DNA of 64,000 nt from Emiliania huxleyi CCMP1516 (GCF_000372725.1 NW_005201249.1:86198-150197); one strand, 5' to 3'; positions 48,773-61,931 are shown, counted from the first letter of the stretch. Notes: generated from the sequence alone by a model not told the origin. A program made the numbers and translations.

Positions 48773-50389
48773 TTGTGGCTTCTTGTTTGGATGCACGACG
48801 GGCTCAAGGGCATGCGTGGACAACGAACTGCAGTCTCGCACCCTAAAGCAGCCTCTGAGTGCGAGCTGGTTCAGCAGACGAGCACCGCACAGTGCCAGCT
48901 TGGCATCAGCTATGGATGCCGCAAGGACGAGCTCTGGGTGTCCGGGTGTCGCGGCTTCTTTCGATGCCAAACGGGTGGGCCTCTCATCCCCTGCGGATAT
49001 CCGCCAGGAGCACGAGAATACAACTGCAGCTGCGCGTCACCGCCGCACCTATGCCCGCCGGCCTTTTACATCGCCGGGGCGCAAAAATCCGGCACTTCCA
49101 GCCTCGCAAGCTGGCTGAACCGGCTTCCCAGCGCCGCCGTCGATCCTCGCGAGGCGGCGTTCTCCTTCACCTGGGCGCTTGCCCTCAACGAGAGCTGCAT
49201 TGACCTGGACGCCTCAGGAGCTGCGGGCAGCCCGGCGTGGCTCCACAGCCATTGCGCAAAGTTGCAGCGAATGGTGGCCTCGGCGGCTGCGGGTGGCTCC
49301 GCGAAGGTGCAGCGAATGGTGGCCTCGGCGGTTGTCGATCGCCACCGCCTTCACAGTGCCGAAGCGTGCCGCGGGGGCAAAAGCATCGGCATCAAGTGGC
49401 CCTCCTACATGGGAGAGGATGCGTGGGCTCCTCGCAGCATCCACGCCTGTGGCGGTGCACCCGTCCCCCGTGTAATCTTCGTGCTGCGCGAGCCGGCGGC
49501 TCGCGCGGCGTCTCACTTTCGCTATTTCGAGCAGCAGCGGCATTGGTGGAGACCGCGTGGCTGGAAGCCGCTGGTCGGTCTACCTATGGCCATGGCGTTC
49601 CGCGAGGTTGCCCACCGCAGCATGGCTCGCGTGCGGGAGATCATGGCCGGCGAGGACGTAGCGCTGGGCAGCTGGTTGTGGCTTCGCCCTCCACATGTTG
49701 GATCGGGGAAGAGGTTGTGCGCCGAGCCGAAGGCCGTACCAGCCCTTGCTTCCGAGGAGAGCTTCCTCAATATGTCATACTCTTCCAGGGGCGCGGTGTG
49801 CCTGCTCTGCCTACACGCAGCCCACCAGTCCGCCCCGTAGCATGCCCGTAGCAGTCCGCCCCGTGGCAGTATCGACCCGTAGCATGCCCGTAGCATGCCC
49901 TGTTGCTCTGCATGCAACCCCCGAATCGAATCGCCAAGAAATAGGCGATCGACTCGCTCTATGCCTACCAGCTGCGAGAGTGGTTGCGAGCGTTTGGCGG
50001 CTGTGGCGCCTTTCTAATCGGCATCTACGAAGCACACTGCGGGGTTCTTGAAAACCACTGCGGGGTTCCTTGGGCTGAGTACGCCACCGTTCGCACGCCT
50101 GTCGAAGATCGCGCAAACGGCCTCGAATCAGTTGACGCTTTCACAGAGCGTGCGGAATGCCAGCGAGCAGGGAGAATCGGCTGCGGTGTTTTCCGCGACG
50201 TTGGCGCAGCTGCGCGAATTCTTTGCACCTTTCAACCGCCTGCTCGAGAAGGAGCTGATGGGTGTGTGCAGGCTGGTGCCGCTCGGGTCGCCGCCCCCGC
50301 AAGGGCTGGGGGGCGTGCTGGCGCCACCCGCCGCCTTTCCCCCGGTCTGGTTCGATTTCTCTGCTGCGGGAAGCGGACGACATCTCTAG
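48773..50389 (+). CDS. Sulfotransferase (heparan 3-O-ST-like) with N-terminal DUF3011-like module; possibly damaged
   Basis: FYIAGAQKSGTSSL (5'-PSB), IFVLREPAARAASHF (3'-PB), GIYEAH, FLGL, LREFFAPFNRLL. Confidence 0.7.
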
Positions 50390-51167
50390 TGCCGGCGCGG
50401 CCGGCGGCACGCGCAAGGTCGACGCTCGAATTTGAACAAAAGCGTCGTGTGAATTCGGACCTGAGCTGTAGCTGTACTGACGTGGCGGTGTATTGGTTTT
50501 ACCACCTCCGGCACGCGAAAAAGACGGCACACCGCGACCTAAGCTACATGTACATGTACATGAACATGTGGCACCAGCCACACAACCAACAGCTTCTGGA
50601 GAGTATGCGGAGCGCAAGCGCTGCCGGTGATCAAAGGCGTGTTGCTGTCGGTGGCAGATTGCCAGAGGAACGCCGGCGCCTCGGTGCGTGGCTTCGTCAC
50701 AATTTTCCACCGCTCAACTTGGAGGCAGTGTGTCTAGTGGCGTGCTACACCTATGACGGCGGACCTCATTGGGGCGCCGACGTGCGACGACCATCTGGGA
50801 TCGAAAGACGAAACCGCGTCCCAGGAGCTCGTGCAGAGCGCGCTCCGGAGCTCGGTGGCGGGAAATTTGAAGGGAACGTGGATCGTGGTGGCTTCCCACG
50901 GCCGCCTCTGTATGTGCCCAATAAAGAGCTCACACGACCCTCGGGCAGCAGGGGGTATGTGGCGAGCGCACGGAGGCACAGTTAGGCCGCCGTGATATCG
51001 CCCTTCCGGGCAACCCGTTTTTCGTTCCCCCCGGGTTAATTCTTCTTCCCATAAAATTCTTCTTTCGTGGGTCACCGTTGGGCGTTGCCCCCAGGCGTTG
51101 TTCGCGCCGGGGCGCCGCTACCCTTGCCGCCGCAGATCGGAAACCGCCCGCCGCCGGTGCCCGCGGC

Positions 51168-51991
51168 ATGGGGCTCCTCACCATCCTCAAGAAGCAAAAG
51201 GAGAAGGAGAAGGAGATGCGGCTGCTGATGCTCGGGCTGGACAATGCGGGCAAGACCACGATCGTCAAAAAGTTCAACGGCGAGGACGTCGACACGATCG
51301 CTCCGACGCTCGGCTTCAACATCAAGACGCTCGAGTGCGCCGCCCCGAGCGGCCCGTAGCTGAGCGCATCGTCGGCGGCGGCGGCGGCGCGGCGGCGTCG
51401 GTGGTGGTGGCGGCGGTGGAAAGCAGCTATGTGGTTGTCCTTGCTATGGTCGGGCGCTAAGAGCGGCCCGGACGGACGCTCAGGTACCGGGGATTCCGCC
51501 TCAACATCTGGGACGTGGGCGGACAGACGTCGCTGCGCTCGTACTGGCGCAACTACTTTGAGGAGACCGACGGTGCTCGCCCTGCTCCTCTCGAGCCTCG
51601 CCGTGCTCCCCTCTCACTCTCTATGTCCTGTCCGGCCTCTCCCGTTTCTGCCCCCTCTCTGCTTCGCCACGCCCCCTGCCTCGCCGCGGCAGGCCTCATC
51701 TGGGTGGTCGACTCGTCGGACCGGGCGCGCCTCGAGGACTGCCGCGCGGAGCTGCGCATGCTGCTGCAGCAGGAGCGCCTCGCCGGCGCGTCGCTGCTCG
51801 TCTTTGCGAACAAGCAGGACATCGAGGGCGCCCTCTCGCCCGAGGAGATCCGCGAGGCGCTCGAGCTCGACGGCGTCACCACGCGCCACTGGCGGATCGG
51901 AGCCTGCTCCGCCTACACGGGCAGCGGCCTCGCGCACGGCGTCGACTGGATCGTGCGCGACGTGGCGTCGAGAATATTCATGCACGACTAG
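51168..51991 (+). CDS. ARL2: ADP-ribosylation factor-like protein 2 (3 exons)
   Basis: [63 protein letters not shown]. Confidence 0.95.
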
Positions 51992-52250
51992 GGATCCTCA
52001 TAAATAAATAAATAGAGCAGGCATATGGCCCGGGTGTTTTTTTTTTGAGAGCGCCTTTCGTTGTTAATAGTACAAACCCAATGGTCCCTTGAGCGGTCCG
52101 TCGTAGCAGTCGCACACACTCACACGCCACGCCGCACCGCGCGCCCACCCGCTGCCCCGCCCACCGGCCGCCCAGGCGGGAAAGAGATGAGGAGATGGGA
52201 CAGCGCCGCCGGAGTTTTTTTTTCGCAATCACATTCATCCCAATGTATAT

Positions 52251-54464
52251 ATGCTTCCGATCTCGTGCCGCCGCTGTCGCCGCCGCAACTCCTGCCGCAA
52301 TCTCATCGCGCTGTGCCTCCTCCTCGCGCCAGCGCACGCGGGGAAGCGCCTCCTTCCAAATCTCTCGCCGCGCGGCTCACGAGCGCCTGTCGAGGCTGCG
52401 CAGCGCCTGGCTAAGGCGAAGTTGGAGGCTGCACAGGCCAGGGTCCGCGCGGCTGAGGAGGAGCTCGCCAGCGTCCAGCGCGCTCGTGCCGCGGAGGAGC
52501 TGACACAAGGTGCCAGCGAGGCCGCCGCCAGCGGTGCGGCGGCCGCTCGGGACCGGCTCCAAAATTTCGTCGCCTCAGGAGAGGCGCGAGAGGTCGGTCT
52601 CAGCATCCAGGCGTGGGCTGCGGTCCTTGGCGACGGCGTGGTCAAGGCGGTGCGGCCCGCCGCGACGTTGGAGGGGCCGGTCATCGATGCGGAGGCCGAG
52701 GCTGACAATGATGCTGAACTCCCGCCACCGCCGCCCAGCAGCTTTGCAGAGCGGCTCCGCGTCGCGATGCGCGGCTCGCGCGGCGCGGCGGAGGAGGGGG
52801 AGGTGCCAGGATGGGTGCGGTCGGTGGGAGGGGGCGTCGAAAAGCTGGGCGCGGAGGTGCAGCTCCGAAAGATCTCCGACCTCGAGGCTCGCCTCGATGC
52901 TCTGGCCGACGCCGACACCGCCCCGGCTCCTGGCCAGCGGCAGGCGGCAACGTCCGCCTCCCCGCCGCCATCCTCGACGCCGCAGCCGGCGCAGACGCCA
53001 GCGGCGCCGCCCGCAGCGCCGTCGGCCCTCGCCGCTGGACTCGTGCCGCTCGCTCTCGCCGCGGCCGTCCTGTTCTCGGCCGGCGGAGGAGGCCCGACGC
53101 TCCCAGACCTCTCATCGCTGCCACTCTCCTCGTGGGTTGGGGAGGGCGTGCGTGGCGTGGAGCAGCGCGAGACTGCGGAGAAGCTGGACAAGCTGGCGGA
53201 GAAGCAACAGGCGCTCTCCGAGGCGCTGCGGCGTAGCCTTGGCGCGGACAGCTCGGAGGGGGGCGCTGCCCCGGCGCTGGAGCCTCTTGAGCTCCCTCCT
53301 CGGGACCTCCCCCCAGCCCCAGCCGAGGCGCCAGCATCCGTCACAAGGCAGGCCTCGCCCCTGCCGGAGGGGTCGCCGACGCCGGCCGAGGCGCGGGGCA
53401 CCTCCGAGACACTTCCGAGAGACCTTGCCCCGCCCCCTCCCTGCAACGCCCATCTCGCGCCTCGGCGCCCACTCGCTCTCTGCCCGCAGGCGCCTCGCGC
53501 GGCCGCCGATGGCATCGACGACTTCACCGCCTGGGTGGACGGGAAGGTGACAGAGGAGCGGCGGCTGGAGCAGGGGCGGCGGTCGCAGCCAGAGGAGGGC
53601 GCGGGCAGCGAGGGCGCGGTCGTGGAGGCGCTGCGCCCTGCGTTGGGCAGCCCTGCGCTGGGCGCAGCTCTGGCGGTGACAGTGGGAGGCGTGGCCGTGG
53701 CGGGGGTGAGGTCGCTAGCAGGGCCTGGAGACGGGCAGGGCGCGGCCGAGGAGGAGGAGAGGGAGAGCGAGGTTGAGGCGAGTGAGGGCGAGCTCTCGGC
53801 GGTGGTCGAGCGGGCGGCGAGGAGGATCGCAGGGAGGAAGGCGGATGCGGCGGCGCAGGCGGAGGAGAAGGAGGCGGCGGCGGAGGCGGTGGCGGTGGCG
53901 GCGGAGGCGGCGGAGGCGGAGGCGGCGGCGGCGGTCGCTCGCACGAAGGTTGCCGAGGCGGTGCGGCGGGCGGAGGAGGCGGCCAGGCGCGAGGAGGAGG
54001 AGGGCGCTCGCGCTGCGGCGGAGGTGGCGAGAGGGGCTGCGAGGGGCCGCAGTCACGCCACTTCGTGCACTTGTCGCGGGCGTGTCCTTTAGGCGGCGCG
54101 CGAGGCGGCAGAGGCGGCGGCTGTCGCCGGAGAGGCGGCGGAGGCGGCGCGGATGGGCAGGCTCGCCGAGGTTGCGGAGGCGGCCGCCGAGGCGGAGGCA
54201 GCGAGGGCGGCTGCGGAGTTGGCGGCGACAGAGCTCGCACAGGCGGCGGAGGCGGAGGCGGAGGCGGAGGCGGAGGCGGAGGCGGAGGCGGAGGCGGAAG
54301 AGTCGGTTCTCGCGGCCTCGCGCGAGCCCGTGCTTGTGACACCCGCGACAACCCTGGGGACGGCCGAGGCGGGGCCCGCCGACAAGGAGGCGGGCAGGAA
54401 GGACCGGCGAAAGGAGAGGCGCAAGGCGAGGCGTGCGAACAAGCGCAAATTAGATGGGTCCTAG
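52251..54464 (+). CDS. Hypothetical Ala/Glu-rich coiled-coil protein with hydrophobic segments
   Basis: Long ORF with signal-like and TM-like segments; typical short introns at ~53391-53489 and ~54025-54092. Confidence 0.55.
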
Positions 54465-56069
54465 AGCCGTGGGTGCTTGCAGCCGGCTGGAATGATCGCT
54501 CGAGTCCCGGTCGTCCTCCCGACGGGGGACTAGCACCACGTTTGAGTCGCATGTGGCATGAGAGAGGGGGCAGGCGCAGGGGCGTCGGGCGAGGGGGGCA
54601 CGGGCAACATGGCCACAGGCCAGTGCCAGTGGCCAGTGGAGGTACAGAGGCATGTCGCATGTGTGTGATGTGTGCAAGAGTTTTTAGTTTACAGTTTAGT
54701 TGTTTTTGTTACGGCTATTGTGTGAAGTTAATCGTACTCACCTCCCCCTCTCTCGTTAGCTCTGATTCTCTCTCTCGCGCCAACGTCTCGCCGGACGCCG
54801 CACGCTGGTCCATCGCGCCGCGGTGTCTAACACGCGTCCGCCGCGACCCCGGGAGCCGAGTGCCTGGACGCGTGAGGTGGGTGTCGCCGCGGTGTCGCGG
54901 CATCTTGATCTAGCACATGAGTGGCAAGTGCCTGCCCTCACCGCGTCAGCTTGGTCCCGTTGCGCCTGCTCCCGCCCTTGGCGGTCTTGCACCGGTGGTC
55001 CTCCCGCCTCCAACGCCGTGGCCCAAGCCGCTGCTGACGCCCCCGCCCGCGGCACCTCCCGTGGCGGGCGTGCCGCTGTGGTGTTCTGGGTGGAGATGTG
55101 AAGGCCGCGCGCGCGTCATCGCTCCCGAGCTCGAAGCGGATGTACTGAGGCTCGCCGAGACGGAGGCAGCGGCATCTCTGTACAGCGCCAAAACAAAGAG
55201 CATCGCGACGAAGGCGAGCGTCGCGCCGAATTTGACGCCCTTTGAGAGGCCAGCTCCCTCGCTTGCGTCAGCCACCTCCTTCGGTATAGTGAGGAGGGCG
55301 CTCGGGAGCGGCGCCTGGAGGACCTCAAATTCGACATTTTCGAGGAGGTAGCGCGCCATGGGCCATGCGTCGCGGCTGCGGGTGGTCGTCGATGTTCGGG
55401 TCGAGCTCCTCGGCGTTACTGTATTCCAAGAGCCTCGCGGACAGAGCCGCTCCGCGCTCCTCGTCGTCAAACCCGCTGTCTTCAAAGTAGCCGCTCCCGT
55501 CGAGTGAGGCGGCCGTCTCGCTGATCGCCGAGGCGATTTCGATGACGCGAGCCGTCACGAGGGCGAGCTGTTCCTCGCTGGGGTTGCTCGTGCCCCCCAT
55601 CGTGTTGGAGGACAACGGAGTGGGTGGTTTGACAGACGAGGGTCGAACTCGTGACGCTGTTCACAGCCTTGTTATTGAGAAGAAAATACGTCCTATGGCG
55701 CTGTGCGCTGGTCTGTGAGAGGTTGAGGTGCGAGCCCTGGAGGCCCTGGGGATGGGTTTCACATAAACGCACAACCCCGGCCGAAATCGCGCAGAGACAG
55801 CTTCACAGGTAAGAAGTACAAGGGAGCAGCTGAGTTGTGACGGTAGATACAGCTACGTAATCCTTCTTTGTGCCAAGACCCAATTCTTTCACGGCTTTCT
55901 GCCCTCTCGACATCTCTCTCATCCTTCCTCATCACGCGTTGCTCTGGCTAAAAGAAAAGAAAATGGCGATCGGAGAAGACGAGACTCACCCATCTACGGT
56001 TGCGACTTGGACTTCATCATGGCGGCTATTCCCACATAGGTCGTTATGTATGATATAACAAGCGGCGGC

Positions 56070-57107
56070 TCAAGACACGCCCTCTCTCGCCGCGTGCCTC
56101 CGCGTGAAGCCGCCCGGCCCGCGGAGCAGCCGCGCGTGGTACGAGGCGTGCGCGTCGGAGCCCGCTGGCCAGACCGCCTCGAATTGGGCCATCCAGCCGT
56201 CGTGGTCGTAGTGCACAGGCAGCGCATCAAAGCGCAGCCCGCCGGCGGCGACGCCGTAGAGCGAGTCGGGCGGCACGGCGTGTAGGTCGGCGCTCACCCG
56301 CGTGATCAGGCCGAAGCGCTGCCCCTCGAAGTTGGGCATCCCAGCGCTGCCATTGTTGAAGACGGCGCGTCCCCATTCGGCGGCGCCGCCCCGGCTGTCG
56401 CGGTAGGCCTGGCCGTGCGGCAGGCAGGTGTGCGTGCAGACGAGCCCGACCACCTCGGCCTCCTCCATCCAGCCGAGCGCCGTCTCGCGTGGCGTGGGCG
56501 GCAGGTACTGCTGCGAGGCGGGGTCGCCGCAGCCGAGCGCAGCGCGCAGCGGCTCATCGGGCGGCGACATGGCCTCGACGCCCAGCCCCCAGCCGGCCAG
56601 GCTCTCCACGTCGCCGTGGACGATGCCGACGCGCCTGCCACCGACCTCTGCGACCAGCGCCAAGGGCAGCGCGCGGAGCCAGCCCAGCAGCTCCGGGGCT
56701 GCGGCGGCGGCGGCGGCGGCCCGCAGCGCCGCGACGATGCGATCGGATCGCTCGACCACGCCGGTGGACACGTACGCTGGATATCCACAGCCGCAGCCCA
56801 AGCCAGACGGCGCGATGGCAGACGACTCGACCTCCACGTTCCCGGCGGTGGCGATGTGGCGCGGGCTGCGCATAATATCGCGGTTGAGATCGTGCCACCA
56901 CGAGGGCTCGCAGTTGAAGAAGTTGAAGTCGCCGTTGAAGATTAGCGTCGGCGGCGTTAGCTCCTGTGCTGCGCGCTCTCGGATCGCTGAGAGCGCGTGC
57001 ATGTTGCCATAGAGCCCGCCGACGGCGTAGAGCGTCTGGCATTGCACGGTCTGCGCCGCTCGCAGCGCCCGCGCGCCCAGGCGATAGGAGAGTGGACAGC
57101 TGGCCAT
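56070..57107 (-). CDS. Intronless calcineurin-like metallophosphoesterase-family protein, atypical motifs
   Basis: VGGLYGN, FNGDF, GNVE, IVHGD, CTHTCLP, NNGSAG in the usual superfamily order. Confidence 0.7.
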   Translation of the reverse strand: MASCPLSYRLGARALRAAQTVQCQTLYAVGGLYGNMHALSAIRERAAQELTPPTLIFNGDFNFFNCEPSWWHDLNRDIMRSPRHIATAGNVEVESSAIAPSGLGCGCGYPAYVSTGVVERSDRIVAALRAAAAAAAAPELLGWLRALPLALVAEVGGRRVGIVHGDVESLAGWGLGVEAMSPPDEPLRAALGCGDPASQQYLPPTPRETALGWMEEAEVVGLVCTHTCLPHGQAYRDSRGGAAEWGRAVFNNGSAGMPNFEGQRFGLITRVSADLHAVPPDSLYGVAAGGLRFDALPVHYDHDGWMAQFEAVWPAGSDAHASYHARLLRGPGGFTRRHAAREGVS

Positions 57108-57145
57108 CCTATGCTGGTCGACTTTGCAATATCGTGTTCGCGGCG

Positions 57146-57287
57146 CGGTTTGTGCAGTGCGTCGCCTGAAATCCGGCGCGGCCTGCTGCAGTGCGTCGGT
57201 TTGTGCAGTGCGTCGGTTTGTGCAGTGCGTCGGTTTGTGCAGTGCGTCGGTTTGTGCAGTGCGTCGGTTTGTGCAGTGCGTCGGTTG
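57146..57287. repeat. 17-bp minisatellite (GTGCGTCGGTTTGTGCA)n between divergent genes
   Basis: About 6 copies plus one separated copy. Confidence 0.9.
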
Positions 57288-57492
57288 TTGGTCGAGCTAC
57301 GAGCAGGCGACGCCGCATTTCTCGACATCTCGCGTGAATTTTTTTCAGCTCTTTGCCGAGTCGAGCGTGTGTTCTCTTTCACCCTTATACAACGAACCTA
57401 AAACCCTTCCTCTTCCGGAACTCGGGCAGTTACAAGTATGAACCGGCCGATCGCCGCCCCGTCCCCCGGCGCTTGAAACGTCTTTGACGGCC

Positions 57493-59890
57493 ATGCAAGC
57501 GTGGGAGACGCCTCCTGGCTCACCGCGGCTGCCGCGCCTTCCCAGCCAAGGCAGGGCGGTCACGGCCAGTGGATCGCGGATCACCGGGTTCCCAAAGGAG
57601 TTCTGGCTCACGCCACGCACGCCGCTCTCAGAGAACACTCCAATCGGCACCATCAACCGGTTCTGCGCAGACCACGGCTTCAAAATGTGGGAGCTCGGCG
57701 GGAGGAACCCGTGCGAGCAGCGCTGGGCGTTGTTCCGGCTGCTTGAGAAGCACCGCTGGCCAGTCGGCTACTCTGCCTACATGCGTGCGCTCAACTCGCC
57801 GCGGCAGCCTCGGCCGCCTCCAAACCTTCCTGCGATGGAGGAGCACAAGAGGGAGGTGGCTCGCACGATGAGCCGCGCAGCGTCGGCTCGCGGCTCGGTG
57901 GACGATCTCGTCCGCCGTGCGAGCATGTCGTACTTTCCCGGCGGCGCATCCGCCTACTCACCTGATGACGTGATGCATCCTCCGGGCAGCGCCACGTCGC
58001 CCGAGCGCGTGAGGGACGCGCTGCTGGGCATGGACGCGTTCGGCGATGCGGCGGAGCCGATCGAAGCGCTGATCAGTGTGCTCAAGCATCAGACCAGCAT
58101 CACCGAGCGCTGGCAGCAAATGTTCATGGAGCAGGCGGGCTCGCCGCGAACTTCCCCGACAAAGGCCGGCCGCGACGCGCGAGCGCCGGGTGCTCCAGAG
58201 GAGGTGCTACTCTCCACCCGCGCAGCTGCTGCGGACAGCATCTGTCTCTTGCCCTCGCTGCTCGACTGCGTCTCATCTGCTCACTTGCTCTGCGCCTCAG
58301 GTCGAGGAGGCCAGGCTCCGCGAGCACCACTCGTCACCTTTGAGATCAAGAAGGGGGCGCAATACGTGGCCATCGCCATCAGAGCAGCTCGAGACTGCCG
58401 ATCGGTCGGCTCCAGCCTCGAGCGACGGCGACGAGCGGGATGAGCTCCCTCCCCGCAACTCAAGCCCACGGTCAGTGGCGGCGCGGGCGGAGCATTCAAA
58501 CTCGAGCCCATCAAGGGCGAAGCGGCGTGGGCCCGAAGAGGACGAGTCGCTTGACGGCATGCAACGCGAACTTAAGGAGCTACGTTCGCTCGTTGAGGTG
58601 CGAGGGAGGAGGAACGGTCCACCTCGATGCGCGCAGCCATGAGAGAGCCCCCGCCCTCTCGCTCCCGCAGAAGACGGCGCAGCCGATTCCCGAGACCAGC
58701 ACGGACGTGAGCGCGCTGCGAGACCTGATCACGTCGCTCCAGGCCGACCTTGCCCGTGAGTCTGCAACAAATGCCGACAGCCCTCAGGCCGTGGGCATCA
58801 AGGAAGAGATCGCATCCCTTCGAACGCAGCTGACGGAAGCCATGAAGACGGGCTCCGCGGTCAAGGATGAGGAAAAGCTTCGCCTCCGCGGAGAGCTGGA
58901 TAGGCTTCGCGCCGAGGCGAGCAGCAAGGACCTGCTACACGGCCAAGCAGTGATGCAGCAGAAAATGGAGTTCGAGACGCAGAGCCAGCAGATGCAGATG
59001 CAGATGCAGATGCATATGCAGGAGCTCCAAGCGGCGCAGCAGCGGATGGAGCAGGAGAAGCGCGTGATGGAAGCCGAGCTCCAAAAGCAGCGAGTTCAGA
59101 TGGAGGCGGAGGCGCGTGCCAAGCAGCAGGAGATTGAGATGAAGGCGCAGGCTTTAGAGGCCGAGCTTCAGCAGCAGCGTATGAAGATGGAGGTGGAGGT
59201 TCGCGCCAAGCAAAGCGAGATTGAGATCCGCGCGCAGCAGGCGGAGCTGGCTGCGCAGGCGCAAGTTGAGCAGCTGCGGCGGCAGCAGGTGGAGATGCAA
59301 GCGAGTCAAGCGGCGCAAGACGGGCCTGCTCAGCAGCGGCTCGAGCAGGAGAAGCGAGAGATGGAGGTTGCGCTTCAGAAACAGCGCATGGAGATGGAAC
59401 TGCAGCAGCAGCGCATGCAGATGGAGGCTGAAGCTCGCGTCAAACAGCAAGAGATGGAGATGCGGGCCAAGGCGGCGGAGCAGGCTGCACAGGCACAAGC
59501 GGAGCAGTTGCAGCGGCAACAGGCAGAGATCCAAGCAAGACAGGCTGCGGTTGAACTTCAGGCCGAGCAGGCAGCCAGGCAAGCGCACCAAACGCCGGAG
59601 CCGTCGCCACAGCAGCCTCCGAGTGCGATGGCCACCTCCCCGCCCCTGCCCGTTCAGCAGCCAGCAGTATCACCCCCGGCAGCGCCGCCGCCACCCGCGC
59701 CAGCTGCGCCCTCCCCCTCCGCACCGGCGGTGCCCGGCGCCAGCTGCAGCGGCCTCACTAGCCTCGCCGAGCAGTTCGGTGTCTCGGCACCGTCCGGCAG
59801 CACGTGGCTCGCCATGTTCAGCGCCGTTGCCGAGCAGCTCCCCCACGCCGTCGCCATCACCGACATGAAGACGCCGGGCCTGCCGGTGAC
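57493..59890 (+). CDS. Gln/Glu-rich coiled-coil protein ending in the first strands of a PAS/LOV domain; apparently truncated
   Basis: QQRMEMEAEAR repeats; AEQLPHAVAITDMKTPGLPVT, then abrupt change of composition. Confidence 0.6.
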
Positions 59891-60416
59891 GTTAGAGTGC
59901 CAGACTTATTTTCTTCACGCAAGCGAGGTGAGGGCAACAGACCTTAAACTTTTAGGCCCTCCAAATTCTCGGGGGTCGGAGCGCAGCGGAGTGTGGGCCC
60001 CGAATTTAACAATGGGCGACGGGCGCTTGCGTCCTAGCCTCCAACAACGCCTCCCCGGCGCAGAAGGCCCCCGGAGGGATGCTCAACCGTTCCACGCCAC
60101 GCGGCTTGACACGGACAGCATCGTCCATCGAGGTGCACGCTGCTGAAGCAGTGTCGTCCCCCCTCTCCATCACATCTCTTGCGGCGGTCCTATTCCCAGC
60201 TCAGCTGAGGCTCCGTGCACTTGGAGCACTTGAAGTGCAGTCTTCATCAATCAACCTCACACCCACCCAGGGCCAGGTCCCGGAGCTATAAGAAAGAAGC
60301 GCACCCAGCTGGCCGGGTCCCGGGTGATCGGCATCGGGCTGCGGGCTAGAGAGCCCTGGCCCTTGGGGGGGGTGCGCGTTCGCGCGGAAGGGGCCATAAA
60401 GTAAAATGGGTTCCTG

Positions 60417-60719
60417 TAAGGTGCCTATATGGGCTTCCAGTATCGGACCTTCAAGACATGCGCTTTTGGCCGGTGGCCTCCTCGGACATGGTACCTCCGG
60501 TGAGATAGTGGCTGCCAGTTAGAGACTGGGGCCGATCGAACTTGAGTTGTTCGGAGGAGGAATCCGGCCAGCACGGGTACAAAGAGGGGTACCCGGAGAA
60601 TCCCCAGCTGCGGAAACGTAGTGTCGCTCAAGAGGTGCGATACTGCGGGGGAGTGTAAGGTGCCTATATGGGCTTCCAGTATCGGACCTTCAAGACATGC
60701 GCTTTTGGCCGGTGGCCTC
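60417..60719 (+). repeat. ~65-bp perfect direct repeat (60417-60480 and 60655-60719)
   Basis: GTAAGGTGCCTATATGGGCTTCCAGTATCGGACCTTCAAGACATGCGCTTTTGGCCGGTGGCCTC twice. Confidence 0.9.
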
Positions 60720-60788
60720 TTCGCACGCTTCCCTTATTTTTCCCTTGACGAGGTGAGGGACCGCCATCGTCTGCCATCGACAGAAGCT

Positions 60789-61931
60789 ATGAGCGCGGCT
60801 CAAGTGTCCGACTGGCGCGCGTTTCTGCGGGGCTACCAAGACATTCGACAAACGTTTGCAGACCCACAAGCCCGTGCGCTCTTTATGCAGTGCGCCGAGC
60901 GACTGCATCAGACGATTGTTGACTGGCTCCAGCGCGAGGCAGAGGTGACGCCGTTCCTCGAGCGGGTTTATCCCAGCACCCGCAAAGCCGACTTTGAGGC
61001 AGCATTTCCCAGCCAATTTACCGTCTACTCGCAGTCGCTCGTCGAGCGCTTTGCTGCCAATGCCATCCGCATCATGCTCGACGCCGCAGATTTTGCGACG
61101 GTGGGGCCACCTCGCGGGACGTGGCACGCGCCCACCGAGTCGGATCCGTCATCGTACTACCACGCGGGACGGCTGCACTCTCTCGCTCTCGACATGCACT
61201 GCGCCCTCACGCGCTCGACGCGAGTCCCGGCCGACCTCGACAGCGGCTTCGTGCTCTTTATGGGTGATTCAGGCAGCTCAACCCGACAGGGCCGGGCGCT
61301 CCGCGACCGCAACGGCGCAGAGTACGGGTGGGCGCAAACAACAGTGTGCGAGGTCTGCCAGGTGGCCACTACAAGCCGGTGCAGTGGGTGCGACGCTGCG
61401 TATTTTTGCAGCAAGGCGTGCCAGCGCGCTGCCTGGCCAAAGCACCGTGTCGTGTGTAAGACGCTTCGGACTTCGGGATCCGGCATCGACAAGCTGACTG
61501 AGACAGCAAGTGCGCTCTCCCTCGCCGAGCCGAGCGATCCCACCGCCGCGGCCGACGAGCCAGAGCCGTTGGACCTATCGGTGCTCGCAGCCGAGCTTGG
61601 CGAGCGCAAACTCGACCAGTCGATGTTCACGTCTGAGGACTTCGCAATCTGCCTGGGCACGCCGGGCGAGCTACGCCAGCTGCAGATGATCCAACCTCGC
61701 CCACGCTACGTTGAGAGGTACCTCGAGAAGCGGTGGAAACTACTCAAGAAGGACCTCCGCTTTGCCAACGCAGTCGAGCTGCTCAGGCAGGAGGCGTTGC
61801 TGCCACCGGTTCTCTCGGTCGGCACCGGCGGCTACCGTGTGGTTGGGGGGAGCATCGTGATGGTCATGCCCGCGGGCGTGCTGTTTCAGACGCACTTGGG
61901 ATGGATGGCGCCAGAGCGGGTGAAGCGGTGA
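60789..61931 (+). CDS. Intronless MYND zinc-finger protein
   Basis: CEVC..RCSGC..YFCSKACQRAAWPKHRVVC. Confidence 0.8.
   Translation: MSAAQVSDWRAFLRGYQDIRQTFADPQARALFMQCAERLHQTIVDWLQREAEVTPFLERVYPSTRKADFEAAFPSQFTVYSQSLVERFAANAIRIMLDAADFATVGPPRGTWHAPTESDPSSYYHAGRLHSLALDMHCALTRSTRVPADLDSGFVLFMGDSGSSTRQGRALRDRNGAEYGWAQTTVCEVCQVATTSRCSGCDAAYFCSKACQRAAWPKHRVVCKTLRTSGSGIDKLTETASALSLAEPSDPTAAADEPEPLDLSVLAAELGERKLDQSMFTSEDFAICLGTPGELRQLQMIQPRPRYVERYLEKRWKLLKKDLRFANAVELLRQEALLPPVLSVGTGGYRVVGGSIVMVMPAGVLFQTHLGWMAPERVKR

Noticed and set aside
54946..55600. Minus-strand membrane protein gene
   Set aside because: Two coding-like pieces in different frames, no recognisable domain or clear splice join.
57146..57287. 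Possible CRISPR-like array
   Set aside because: Contiguous 17-bp units with no unique spacers, no cas genes, eukaryotic context.
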